This document shows, in pieces, positions 38,745 through 47,921 of a DNA stretch of 64,000 nt (positions within the stretch are counted from its first letter, which is position 1; every line of letters starts with the position of its first letter). The notes beneath the pieces are model-generated. The model was not told where the DNA came from, made no database searches, and worked only from the letters and a program-made list of their open reading frames with translations. Source of the DNA: Methanobacteriota archaeon (GTDB lineage Archaea > Thermoplasmatota > Poseidoniia > Poseidoniales > Poseidoniaceae); assembly GCA_038130705.1 (NCBI GenBank), contig JAYPOA010000001.1, forward strand, positions 2,333 to 66,332, given 5' to 3'. Both the position numbers and the translations under genes were made by a program.

Positions 38745-39976
38745 CGTGTCGCATAGAATCCTTGGATTACTTTGGTCACAGTCTCGATATCTCTGATATC
38801 CCTTTGAAGTAAATCTGCAAGAATCTGTTCCCTTTGCTTAACATGCTGTTCAAATTGTGCAGGAGTGATACCTGCCGCAGAACAAATAGTTTCTCTCATC
38901 TTTGAAGGAATTCCTGTCTCTTCAATCCTATCTGTAGCAGCGTTATACTTCCAAATAGCGTTCAGCCTTGGTTTATCTCCTTCCATACCAGCAACCTCTG
39001 CAACCTCAGTTATCTTTCTAGCAGTTTTGCCATTAACGTACAACCTTGCTTGAATGATGATTAAATCCAGTCCTGTCAGCATAATTGGAGGTACATTCAT
39101 TGGTGGATTGATCATCCTTGTAATTGTCTCCATAGCTGTATTTGCGTGCAGTGAACCGAATGAACCATCGTGTCCAGTGTTCATTGCGGTTAGCAATGTA
39201 GCGCATTCGCTGGATCTAACTTCACCCACAATTATTCGATCAGGCCTCATTCTGAGGCTGGATTTCAAACAATCATTCATGTCAACTTCTGGAGTACCAT
39301 CTGGCCTTTCTCTTCTTGTCTCCATTCTTAGCCAGTGGTCGTGGTATACTTGCAATTCAGCAGTATCCTCTACTGTTAGTAATCTCTTGTGCCATGGTAT
39401 GTACATACCAAGACAGTTCAGAGTTGTAGTTTTACCTGAACCTGTACCACCTGCAATTACGAAATTTGCAGGCCTGCTATCAAGACCCTCTATCCATACC
39501 CACATCATAGCTGCTAATCTTAGGTTAACTGTTCCAAACTTAATCAAATCAATCATAGTTAGAGGATCTTCTCTAAATTTACGTATTGTTAGAGTAGGGC
39601 CGTCAGGAGAAACAGGAGGTATCGTCCCGTTTACACGGCTTCCGTCTGGCAATCTTCCATCAAAGATAGGAACTAATCCGGGACCATCTCCCAGTGGCAC
39701 TGAGGTAAATGCAGCAATATTTTTGGCAATTTCAAGCCCTTGTTGGTCATCTACCCATACATTTGTTCTACACATGCCAAAGTCCCTGTGAGCTACTTTT
39801 ACGCATTGTGTTCCTCCATTGTACATCACTTCTTCCAGATTATCATCTTCAAGAAGCGCCGCCAAATTTCCGTAAGGATTTGGTTCTACTCCGCCATCTA
39901 CGTGGTACATCGGTGAAGGATGATTACCTTCCATGTACACCGTTACTCTTCCATATTGTGCCAAAATGTCTTGCAT
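38741..39976 (-). CDS. Type II/IV secretion-family ATPase (FlaI/TadA/VirB11-like pilus assembly ATPase)
   Basis: Walker A IAGGTGSGKTTTLNCL, Asp/His boxes, and ~410 aa length. Confidence 0.85.
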   Translation of the reverse strand: MQDILAQYGRVTVYMEGNHPSPMYHVDGGVEPNPYGNLAALLEDDNLEEVMYNGGTQCVKVAHRDFGMCRTNVWVDDQQGLEIAKNIAAFTSVPLGDGPGLVPIFDGRLPDGSRVNGTIPPVSPDGPTLTIRKFREDPLTMIDLIKFGTVNLRLAAMMWVWIEGLDSRPANFVIAGGTGSGKTTTLNCLGMYIPWHKRLLTVEDTAELQVYHDHWLRMETRRERPDGTPEVDMNDCLKSSLRMRPDRIIVGEVRSSECATLLTAMNTGHDGSFGSLHANTAMETITRMINPPMNVPPIMLTGLDLIIIQARLYVNGKTARKITEVAEVAGMEGDKPRLNAIWKYNAATDRIEETGIPSKMRETICSAAGITPAQFEQHVKQREQILADLLQRDIRDIETVTKVIQGFYATR

Positions 39977-39980
39977 TTAC

Positions 39981-40721
39981 TTAACCTCCTATTACTAATA
40001 CACCTACGTGATAAATTGACATTGATACAGCCATCCATAGTGGAGCCCACCAAAGGGCTGCTCGTAATCGGCCTAGCATTCTTCCACTAACTCCTATTGC
40101 GACAAGAGAAGCGGCACCAAAGAACATGGTGAAAGATGAATTAAACGATTCAAGTTGGAAACCTTGACTTCTCGGTGCGAAAAGACCAACGATAAACGCG
40201 ATCAAAAATGGTAATCCTATAGAAACAAACAAAATAATTAGGATGGATCTTCCCATTAAATCAGATTCTCTACGATTCATCAAATCGTTTAGTCTTTCAT
40301 AATCTCTTGACATGTCTGCTAGTATGTTTTGAAGAGGTGCATCTTGTTCTATAGCAGTGGACATAAGGTGCATTACCCTCTGAACTTGGGGTGAACGTGA
40401 CTTCGTAGCAAAGTTTGCTAATGCGGAATCAAAAGATGATGCATGGCTTTCTTCTAGGGTTTCACGAAGTAACTTTCCAAGCATGCCCGTATTTCGGTCT
40501 GCTTCTGCCATCATTGCCTGCTGTAATCCAAGACCCGCACCCAATGAATCGGATAATGCTTCGAGCATTGCAGGAAGGTCATTCTCGATATTTCTCCTTC
40601 TTGACCTCTCTAACATTGGAGGGACTCCTCCGATAGCACAAGCGATGCTCATCGTGATTAAAAATAATAAAAATGGCTCATTTCTGAACATTTCAAGAAT
40701 TTCAAACAGCATTAATATCAC
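39981..40721 (-). CDS. Type II secretion system F-domain membrane protein (TadC/FlaJ-like, C-terminal half)
   Basis: Helical cytoplasmic region LPAMLEALSDSLGAGLGLQQAMM followed by TM helices. Confidence 0.55.
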   Translation of the reverse strand: MILMLFEILEMFRNEPFLLFLITMSIACAIGGVPPMLERSRRRNIENDLPAMLEALSDSLGAGLGLQQAMMAEADRNTGMLGKLLRETLEESHASSFDSALANFATKSRSPQVQRVMHLMSTAIEQDAPLQNILADMSRDYERLNDLMNRRESDLMGRSILIILFVSIGLPFLIAFIVGLFAPRSQGFQLESFNSSFTMFFGAASLVAIGVSGRMLGRLRAALWWAPLWMAVSMSIYHVGVLVIGG

Positions 40722-41290
40722 AACCCCGGGTCCTTTGTATGTGCTTTCAGACCAATTAATGCCATACCTGCTACTGTCAAAAATAACCCTGCATTAACAA
40801 TGCTCATGATTAATCCCTGGTCGAAACTGCCGAACAACTCTTCAGCGCCTTCCATCAACTGAGGAGCTATTCCCAAAATGGAAAGAATAATCGGGCCAAT
40901 CATACCAATTGAAAGGAGTGTTTCTGGAACACCGCCTAATTCTTCGATATATTCCTTGACCTTTTCAGTTCTTGATTCTTCCATTCTCTCTCCTTGTTTT
41001 CGGAGGGTGTCAATTATGTCAGTATTTTGAGTGATATTATTGATCATGGTGTTAATCAATCTCTTGTATCCATCTGTTTCTGATTTCTTTAGAATTGAGC
41101 GAAGTTCTCTTTCGAGAGGTGTTCCCTTGTTAATTCCCTTCATCAATTCAGCAAAATCTTTGGAAATAATACCGTATCCACCTTGTGATATTGAATGTAT
41201 AGCGGCTTCCAATCCAACTCCTGAGCCTAGGAGAACACTAAGGGTTCTTATCACATACAATACTTCTTTAGACTCATCTAATGAGCGCAA
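40718..41290 (-). CDS. Type II secretion system F-domain membrane protein (TadB/FlaJ-like, N-terminal half)
   Basis: LSVLLGSGVGLEAAIHSISQGGYGIISKDFAELMKGINKGTPLEREL matches the GspF/TadB repeat. Overlaps the next ORF by 4 nt. Confidence 0.55.
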   Translation of the reverse strand: MRSLDESKEVLYVIRTLSVLLGSGVGLEAAIHSISQGGYGIISKDFAELMKGINKGTPLERELRSILKKSETDGYKRLINTMINNITQNTDIIDTLRKQGERMEESRTEKVKEYIEELGGVPETLLSIGMIGPIILSILGIAPQLMEGAEELFGSFDQGLIMSIVNAGLFLTVAGMALIGLKAHTKDPGL

Positions 41291-41299
41291 TCAATCACC

Positions 41300-41653
41300 T
41301 CAACGGATATCTTCAATGAATTCAAACTTATACAATCCTTCAGTACCATCATATGACATTTTACTGAAAACTGTCTTGACATCTCTCTCCTCAAAAGGAT
41401 CGTGGATGTATGGCTGACCTGCCCTGAACATCTTGAGTACTTTCTTGTAGTCCTCTAAGTTCATTTCTCCTCTGACTGTGTATACTGCTGATTCAGCACC
41501 TTCATCGACTAAATCATCACCTTCGCCGCCGTGTAGAACTGTTCTTGTCATTCTTCGTGCTATAGCAACCGAAATATCGGCGTTAGGAAGCCTAACCCAA
41601 TCCGAACTTGATGTACCACTCGCTGGTCGAATGAAGAAATCTGTACCTGCCAT
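41300..41653 (-). CDS. Hypothetical protein (first gene of the pilus ATPase operon)
   Basis: 117 aa ORF lying immediately upstream of the T2SF genes in the same orientation. Confidence 0.35.
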   Translation of the reverse strand: MAGTDFFIRPASGTSSSDWVRLPNADISVAIARRMTRTVLHGGEGDDLVDEGAESAVYTVRGEMNLEDYKKVLKMFRAGQPYIHDPFEERDVKTVFSKMSYDGTEGLYKFEFIEDIR

Positions 41654-41708
41654 TTGCTCACCTTAACCCAGCGAGGAAGAGACAAGGACTTGAACGTGTT
41701 GGTCGATA

Positions 41709-42662
41709 TTATTCTGTAATTTTGAACCACCCAAACCTGGGCTCGTGAATCTCACCATCATCAGATAAGTCATCAAGAGCACTTTCAGCAGAGTCTCTAT
41801 CAAAACCTCTTGCAGCTGCGTTGTTTAGTATACTATCAAAATCAACGCCTTCGCCTTTATCTAACCTTTTGATTAAATCAAGTATTGTTTGATTTATTTC
41901 TCCGCCTTCAGATTCTTCATCGGCATTAACTCCATCTTGTGATTCAACAGATAAACTCTGTTGATTATCTGAGGAAACTGGCGCTGTTATCGTAATCGCT
42001 TTATCCTCTGCGATGTCTAATGTCTGTAAGATATTCAACCTGTAAGATTCTATGTCTATTTCTCCATAGTGTTCACTTGCCAACAAGATACCTTCAATCA
42101 TATTTTCAGGCACGCCTGCTGTGGAAAGGCCATCTATTGATTTCTCCGAGTTAACTGATTTTTCATGAGCATCAATTCTACCTAACATGCTCCTTGCGGC
42201 TTTGATTAACCATTGGCGATATGCAGTTCTTGAGATAACAGCTGCCTCTTCTGGCCTCAGACTTGTGAATACGGCTCCCTCATCATTTTGGAAATACCTT
42301 GCCTTTGCTGTCATCATTAACATAATTGTTTCACCATCATCAATTCTTTGAGATAATTGGATAATTAATTCCCTCATAGATTCCGCTGCATAATCTCCTA
42401 CAGAGAAATAGTGTAATCCTGATGGATCTCTTAATTGCCCTTGCCATATAGTAGCACCATTTGCTGTCTCTCTTGGTTCTAATCTCTCAATCAATCCGGC
42501 AACGATAACTCTGTTTACTTTAGCTCCCAATTTTGTTATCAAGAATAATGGGTCATATTCACCTGAACCTTGTTGATGCAAGGTTGATTCCCCAAATTCT
42601 GATGCTAACAAAGGTAAAGCTGGCTGTCTTCTAATTCTTGCTTGCATCAGTTTAGCCCCCAT
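41709..42662 (-). CDS. RPA-associated protein (RPA32-like; OB fold plus C-terminal winged helix)
   Basis: Encoded directly downstream of the RPA gene with a 16 nt overlap. Has an OB-like segment VNRVIVAGLIERLEPRETANGATIWQGQLRDPSG and an acidic C-terminal wH-like region. Confidence 0.6.
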   Translation of the reverse strand: MGAKLMQARIRRQPALPLLASEFGESTLHQQGSGEYDPLFLITKLGAKVNRVIVAGLIERLEPRETANGATIWQGQLRDPSGLHYFSVGDYAAESMRELIIQLSQRIDDGETIMLMMTAKARYFQNDEGAVFTSLRPEEAAVISRTAYRQWLIKAARSMLGRIDAHEKSVNSEKSIDGLSTAGVPENMIEGILLASEHYGEIDIESYRLNILQTLDIAEDKAITITAPVSSDNQQSLSVESQDGVNADEESEGGEINQTILDLIKRLDKGEGVDFDSILNNAAARGFDRDSAESALDDLSDDGEIHEPRFGWFKITE

Positions 42663-44356
42663 CTTGCTCTAATTTCAGTCGCTTCCATTACAGAATCCAA
42701 CTCAACAATCGATGCTGAATCAGATAACAGCATCGCACCTTGTTCGTCTACAATCGTTCGACCGCTGGCAGATAACTCTCTTCCAAGTACTTTTTCTCGG
42801 AGTAATTGTATGAATTCCATAGAACCATTATCAGAAATTGCATTTTTTATTTGTTCCATCGACATTTCCATAATTCCTTCTGAAGAATCTTTATTCAAAA
42901 TCAATGAAATTGTGGAAATCCCGTCATCTAGTACTAATCTGAATCTTAAATCTTGAACTCCATCTTGAGCCCCATGCGTTGCACATTCACCGTCTCTTAG
43001 GACTCTCCTGCAATCGGTACATCTCGAGATGATACCCGAATCCTCTCTAACAGAAACGACCGTTCCTCTTGTAGAAATTCCCACTCTGCTTGCGCCAGTT
43101 GTTAAATCAGATAGTTGGACCTCAACCAAATTATTGCTCAAGTCGATATCTGAACCCCATGGAGCGCCTGCTAGAACTTCGATTTGGTTAGAATTATCAA
43201 TAGTAACATCAGGAATTCCTTGCCATGCTCTGACTCTTGCACCCTTGACTCTCACAACCACCGGCATTTCCTCAAAATCAAAAGGTGGTTCTGTCCAGAT
43301 TGAACATCGACATTTTCCTGTTGGGTCTGCTATATCTCCAGACCAAACGCTTTTCGATTCACCCTCTGACCCGGTAAAATCTCTTTTTACCATCTTTTGT
43401 ATCTCGAAAACTATGTCAACATCTCTGGAACCATCTCTGAGGTCCTCGATTTTAGATACTGATTGAGCATTCAGTTCTTCTGCGGACGAGAAATTTGCAT
43501 CGTGGAATATTTCAATTCTTGAAGAACTACCAATATTGATTTCAGGTGTGTCTCTGAACACTCTTACCTGAGCATTTTCGATTTTTACTAAGGTTCCAAC
43601 TTCGTGTGTAAATGGCTCCCATGATAGGAATCCAATTGTTCCACTCTCGTCAGCAATTCGCCCTCTTACGACATCTATAGAACCAGAGCCGTCTTTACGA
43701 TGAATAACATCTTCTCGAGAAACAAGAACCCTTCCAACGATGCTTACTGTTCCATCAGATTTAATGGAGGAGATATCAACTGGTTCCCCTGGAGTTACTA
43801 CCGTTCTGACTCCTTCTTTTAGAACGGCGATCCTGCTTGACTGATTTATATTTAGACTCATCTTACCCTGATATTCATTCACTGAAACTCCTTCTAACCT
43901 AACTACAGAACCAGGCATCAAGTTTGGGTTGTTACCCCAATCTTTGTATTCCCATCGATTCTTTGTGGCTCCAGTTTCATTCCATGGTTGATCTTCAAGC
44001 AAGCCATAAGGTACGACTTTCTCTTCACCACGCACCATTGTTGTGCGTGGATTGTGAGTAATAATCTGAACTTCAACCTCCACATTACGGTCATCTGCTG
44101 ACAGATCGGTTAGTAATTCTACTTTCTTCGCTGGTTGTGTTTGTTTCTGACCAGAACTTTGACTCTGTGTTGTTGGAGCAACTCCAGTTTCTGTCTGGAA
44201 TCTTCTCAATACCGAGCGTATTGCGTCCTCAGGAGGTATCAAGAAATCCTTTTCATATCTTGCAAAGGCTTCAGCCACTTTAACAGGGTCAGCTTCGGGA
44301 ACCTGTTTTATGACTTCTGAGACGTGTGCGTCATAATTATCTGACACAACTTCCAC
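42647..44356 (-). CDS. rpa: Replication protein A (multi-OB-fold ssDNA-binding protein with zinc ribbon); GTG start
   Basis: Several OB repeats (GSIDVVRGRIADESGTIGFLSWE..., VDIVFEIQKMVKRDF...KSVWSGDIADPTGKCRCSIW) and the zinc motif CTDCRRVLRDGECATHG. The first codon is GTG. Confidence 0.85.
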   Translation of the reverse strand: MEVVSDNYDAHVSEVIKQVPEADPVKVAEAFARYEKDFLIPPEDAIRSVLRRFQTETGVAPTTQSQSSGQKQTQPAKKVELLTDLSADDRNVEVEVQIITHNPRTTMVRGEEKVVPYGLLEDQPWNETGATKNRWEYKDWGNNPNLMPGSVVRLEGVSVNEYQGKMSLNINQSSRIAVLKEGVRTVVTPGEPVDISSIKSDGTVSIVGRVLVSREDVIHRKDGSGSIDVVRGRIADESGTIGFLSWEPFTHEVGTLVKIENAQVRVFRDTPEINIGSSSRIEIFHDANFSSAEELNAQSVSKIEDLRDGSRDVDIVFEIQKMVKRDFTGSEGESKSVWSGDIADPTGKCRCSIWTEPPFDFEEMPVVVRVKGARVRAWQGIPDVTIDNSNQIEVLAGAPWGSDIDLSNNLVEVQLSDLTTGASRVGISTRGTVVSVREDSGIISRCTDCRRVLRDGECATHGAQDGVQDLRFRLVLDDGISTISLILNKDSSEGIMEMSMEQIKNAISDNGSMEFIQLLREKVLGRELSASGRTIVDEQGAMLLSDSASIVELDSVMEATEIRARWGLN

Positions 44357-44380
44357 CTCTAGAGAATAAATTCGTTCTTT

Positions 44381-44399
44381 TACCCGTCAAAGACGGGTA
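44381..44399. promoter_or_regulatory. Perfect 8-bp inverted repeat TACCCGTC-AAA-GACGGGTA upstream of rpa
   Basis: Read directly from the sequence. It lies 25-43 nt upstream of the rpa GTG start, in the 168-nt gap between rpa and pmbA. Confidence 0.4.
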
Positions 44400-44524
44400 T
44401 TCTGGCTCTTGTGCGGTTTGGTTTAGTTTTTTGTTGGGCACTGCCTTTCACCTCCGGGACATCGCAACTCATGGAGACGGTTCTTGAAGATGTCTGCAAC
44501 ACTTTCCAAAAATTAAAAGTGAAA

Positions 44525-45931
44525 TTAAGCAGGATTTATTCTCAACCCATCCATTAGGAGCACATCCGGAACATGCATTGAACCAGTACTGTATGAACCT
44601 TTGCGAATTTTTGAAGAACCTAAAATTACATTTCCTGAAAGAGCCTTCGCCATATTGCCAGAAAATCCTGCTTGAGATAGTGCACCTTGTATTTCTCCGT
44701 TTACAACCTTGAGAATTGTGGAAGTAGTTACCGAGAAATCTCCGCTAGTCGGATTAGCAGTGTGTGCGCCCATCACGCTGTGAACAATGTATCCTTGTTC
44801 CATCTCTTCTACCAACTTTTCACGTGAAAACGTCTGTGAATTCGAGCTTAGAATCAAATCACTACAACCACAAACTGGAGGAGAAGTGTGGCCACCTCTA
44901 ACTGCAGAACCAGTGGTTGCGGCTGACTCAACTTTGCCTTCATGCATCATTTTAGCAGCGTCCCTGGTAGACCATAGTTCTCCTTGCAATCGTCCAGATT
45001 CAACTATCGTTTGAGTCATGCTGGGTACACCCTCTGCGTCTCTTGAACCAGAGGACATGCCACCCTCCATTAATCCATCATCGACTAAAGTTAGATGCTC
45101 AGCCATTACATTTTGACCCATTTTTCCAGACCAAAATGATTCTCCACGTGCAAGTTTTTCTCCACTTATAGCACTCGGGACTACCACTGAAAATAGAGGA
45201 GAGAAACCATCACTGGTCATTAATACAGGACAATCCTCGGTATCGCCTCCTTTAATTTTGTCACGTGTCACTTGGGCCCAGTGCACTGCTTTATCAACGC
45301 TAGAAGTGATTTCAGTTAGCATCTGTCGTGAGGATTCACCTTCGTAAGAGGATGTCAAATCATCATCCTCATCGATAGAAACGTGTATTCCAATCCCGTG
45401 TGAGGTATGGATACCGCCATCTTCTATCCCGTTACTAGTAACAATCACATCAGCTCCAGCGCCAATACCTATTCCACCACCTACTGCGACAGCTCTCTCA
45501 TCCAATTCAGTAACCCTTTCAATTACAAAATCTCCTTGCGAAAGTAAATCCTCTGGACCTAAATCAAGAATTTTCTTGTCCAGCATCCCACCGACTTTAC
45601 TTGCGGAGCGATTTGTTGGCAATTCAAAACCTTCGATACTAGGCGACATCTTTGCTATACTAAGAGCTTGTTCGATGGCGTGGCCTGCAGAATTAGGGTC
45701 AACAAGATGGGCATAACCGTATCTTCCATCCTGAACTAATCTGATTCCAAATCCTCCGTCTCCTCCGCCCGATGCCATTGAAATTTTACCAGCTTCGATA
45801 TCCAATGAATGGCCATATCCTTGAGTAGCGTATATTTCCCATTGAGAAACGCCAAGCGTTTCGCATGTTTTACCAATCTGTTCAGCTGAACTGAATAACC
45901 TCTCAACCGCGTCATCGGGAATCAAAATCAT
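44525..45931 (-). CDS. pmbA: PmbA/TldE family metallopeptidase-like protein
   Basis: Paralogue of the adjacent tldD with a Gly-rich core. Overlaps tldD by 4 nt. Confidence 0.75.
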   Translation of the reverse strand: MILIPDDAVERLFSSAEQIGKTCETLGVSQWEIYATQGYGHSLDIEAGKISMASGGGDGGFGIRLVQDGRYGYAHLVDPNSAGHAIEQALSIAKMSPSIEGFELPTNRSASKVGGMLDKKILDLGPEDLLSQGDFVIERVTELDERAVAVGGGIGIGAGADVIVTSNGIEDGGIHTSHGIGIHVSIDEDDDLTSSYEGESSRQMLTEITSSVDKAVHWAQVTRDKIKGGDTEDCPVLMTSDGFSPLFSVVVPSAISGEKLARGESFWSGKMGQNVMAEHLTLVDDGLMEGGMSSGSRDAEGVPSMTQTIVESGRLQGELWSTRDAAKMMHEGKVESAATTGSAVRGGHTSPPVCGCSDLILSSNSQTFSREKLVEEMEQGYIVHSVMGAHTANPTSGDFSVTTSTILKVVNGEIQGALSQAGFSGNMAKALSGNVILGSSKIRKGSYSTGSMHVPDVLLMDGLRINPA

Positions 45932-47385
45932 CCCACCAACGCTTCACTTATTCGCATTAATGGACCACCATCGCCAACTGGAACCGTTTGTCCCTTGCCA
46001 CAGAATCCAGGTGAGCCAAGATAAGCATCCTTGGTTAATCCATCAACGTTTTTCAAAATCTCCAACGTCATTCCAGAAACGCTTACGTCTTTTACAGGTC
46101 GAGATAAACTTCCATTCTCGATAATCCATGCTTCTTGTGCTGCGAATTGGAATGATCCTCTTCCAGTATCCACTTGTCCACCTCTGCTACCACAGGCATA
46201 TACTCCAAAATCAATGTCTTCAATTAATTCGTCCAGGTCCTTGTGAGTACCTCCCTGGATAACAGTGTTCGACATTCTTACTAGCGGGTGATGTAGGCCG
46301 TCCTGGGCTCTTGCACCACCGTTTGGGTCAAGGTTGTACTTGTGGGCTGTTTCCCTATGATTGAGATATTCTGTCAAAACTCCGTTTACTATCAGATTTT
46401 TAGGCCTAGTATCAACACCTTCATCGTCTATTGGGTAGCAACCATAGCCTCCTCTCATTGTTGGATCGTCAACTACAGTACAAATCTCAGAACCAATTTG
46501 TTGTCCAAGCCTCCCTTCAAGACAAGAATCTCCTGCTGCTACTAAATCTGCTTCACACGGGTGGCCGAGGGCTTCGTGAATGTAAACTCCGGTCAAGTCC
46601 CTATCTGCTACAAGAGGAATCTTACCTGAAGGTGCTCTTTCAGCACCCAATAACCTCAATGCGGAAATCCTTGCATTTTCACCCATGCCACCGAGGTCAC
46701 ATTCTTCGATGATTTCAAGACCTCCTTCACCACCATGCCTCATTCTATAGGAGACGACGCCGGATTCATCTCTTGCTGTTACCATGCCGTGAATTAGACT
46801 TCTTTGGAAAGACCAAACCCTATTCATTCCCTCACTGGTAATTAACTCGGTGTGGATGTGTTCATCTGACCAACCAGTAGAAGTTGAGACTATTGATTTG
46901 TGGTCTTTAGCCTCGTTATCAATTGCCAACATTAAATCGATTCTTGTCTGCAATTCAGTATCTCTAACGTCTTTTTTACTCTTCCAGTGAATTTCATCTT
47001 CAATTATCGGCACTTCAGCGAGACCAACTGGGCTTTGATTATTTGGCCGTCTCGAAGCAACTGCTTTTGCTAATTTAACAGTAGATTCAACTTGTGATTC
47101 TATCGAATTAAAATCACTAGTTGAGTGAACGCCCCATGCTCCATCGGCAAGAATCCTCATAGTAAGGCCAACTTCTTGTCCCGGTATTGCCCTCTCTAGT
47201 TTGCCGTCTTTTAGTGAGACTGAGTTTGTAGTCTCGCTAACTAACCTAAGTTCTGCATATTCTGCTCCAAGAGTCATTGCAGAATCAATTGTTCTTCTAG
47301 CAATTGCTTCGTCTAATATCCTACCCGTGTTGCGAGATAAGGAATCTGTTTTTGTAGCGACCACCATGAAATAACGCAGGAACAA
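45928..47385 (-). CDS. tldD: TldD family metallopeptidase
   Basis: HEALGHPCEAD zinc motif (HExxxH), the GxC...GGY-rich C-terminal domain, and ~485 aa length. Confidence 0.85.
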   Translation of the reverse strand: MFLRYFMVVATKTDSLSRNTGRILDEAIARRTIDSAMTLGAEYAELRLVSETTNSVSLKDGKLERAIPGQEVGLTMRILADGAWGVHSTSDFNSIESQVESTVKLAKAVASRRPNNQSPVGLAEVPIIEDEIHWKSKKDVRDTELQTRIDLMLAIDNEAKDHKSIVSTSTGWSDEHIHTELITSEGMNRVWSFQRSLIHGMVTARDESGVVSYRMRHGGEGGLEIIEECDLGGMGENARISALRLLGAERAPSGKIPLVADRDLTGVYIHEALGHPCEADLVAAGDSCLEGRLGQQIGSEICTVVDDPTMRGGYGCYPIDDEGVDTRPKNLIVNGVLTEYLNHRETAHKYNLDPNGGARAQDGLHHPLVRMSNTVIQGGTHKDLDELIEDIDFGVYACGSRGGQVDTGRGSFQFAAQEAWIIENGSLSRPVKDVSVSGMTLEILKNVDGLTKDAYLGSPGFCGKGQTVPVGDGGPLMRISEALVG

Positions 47386-47408
47386 GACCCCTTTGATGCT
47401 TTCTAATT

Positions 47409-47897
47409 TTAGCGTAAATCAGAGGTGAGAACATGGCCAATTGCTGCATTTTCATCTTCACCATTGTCGATTCCTAATCTCTTTGCGTCGAATATCTCCA
47501 AACTTGGGCGGTCATCAAGTATTGTGAAATTCATTTTCGCAGCATGAGAGGTAAAATCCTCCTCTGAGGCATTGCAAGATAAATCCACAATGTAGCCATA
47601 CTTTTCTCCGACAATGATTCCAGCTCTAGAAAAGCTCGCTGAGATATGGTGAGTGCCAGATAATAATCTCATGAACTCACCATCGATAGAGTTTGACTTC
47701 ATCTTATTTCTTTCATTATTCCTAATCATAAGGTCGTAGGCAGTCCAAGCATGGATTTCACTAGCTAAAACAATGCCCGAAATCAGGGCCCACTGTTCAG
47801 AATATCGATTCTTAATCCATGAATTTACCAAATCACGAGGATTTTCGCACGGGCTTTCAAATTCAACCCTTCTACAAGGAAATATTTCGTCGCCCAT
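47409..47897 (-). CDS. Hypothetical protein
   Basis: 162 aa ORF between tldD and hel308. No motif recognised. Confidence 0.35.
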   Translation of the reverse strand: MGDEIFPCRRVEFESPCENPRDLVNSWIKNRYSEQWALISGIVLASEIHAWTAYDLMIRNNERNKMKSNSIDGEFMRLLSGTHHISASFSRAGIIVGEKYGYIVDLSCNASEEDFTSHAAKMNFTILDDRPSLEIFDAKRLGIDNGEDENAAIGHVLTSDLR

Positions 47898-47921
47898 GAC
47901 CGTTGGAGGAGGTTCATATCT

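Noticed and set aside
39054-39791. 245-aa plus-strand ORF
   Set aside because: It is antisense inside the FlaI/TadA ATPase gene. The ATPase carries the Walker A motif and the conserved boxes.
47409-47897. Possible Hjc-like resolvase next to hel308
   Set aside because: There is a superficial ...IVDLSC... D-x-K-like pattern, but no convincing PD-(D/E)xK arrangement or Hjc N-terminal motif. It is left as a hypothetical protein.
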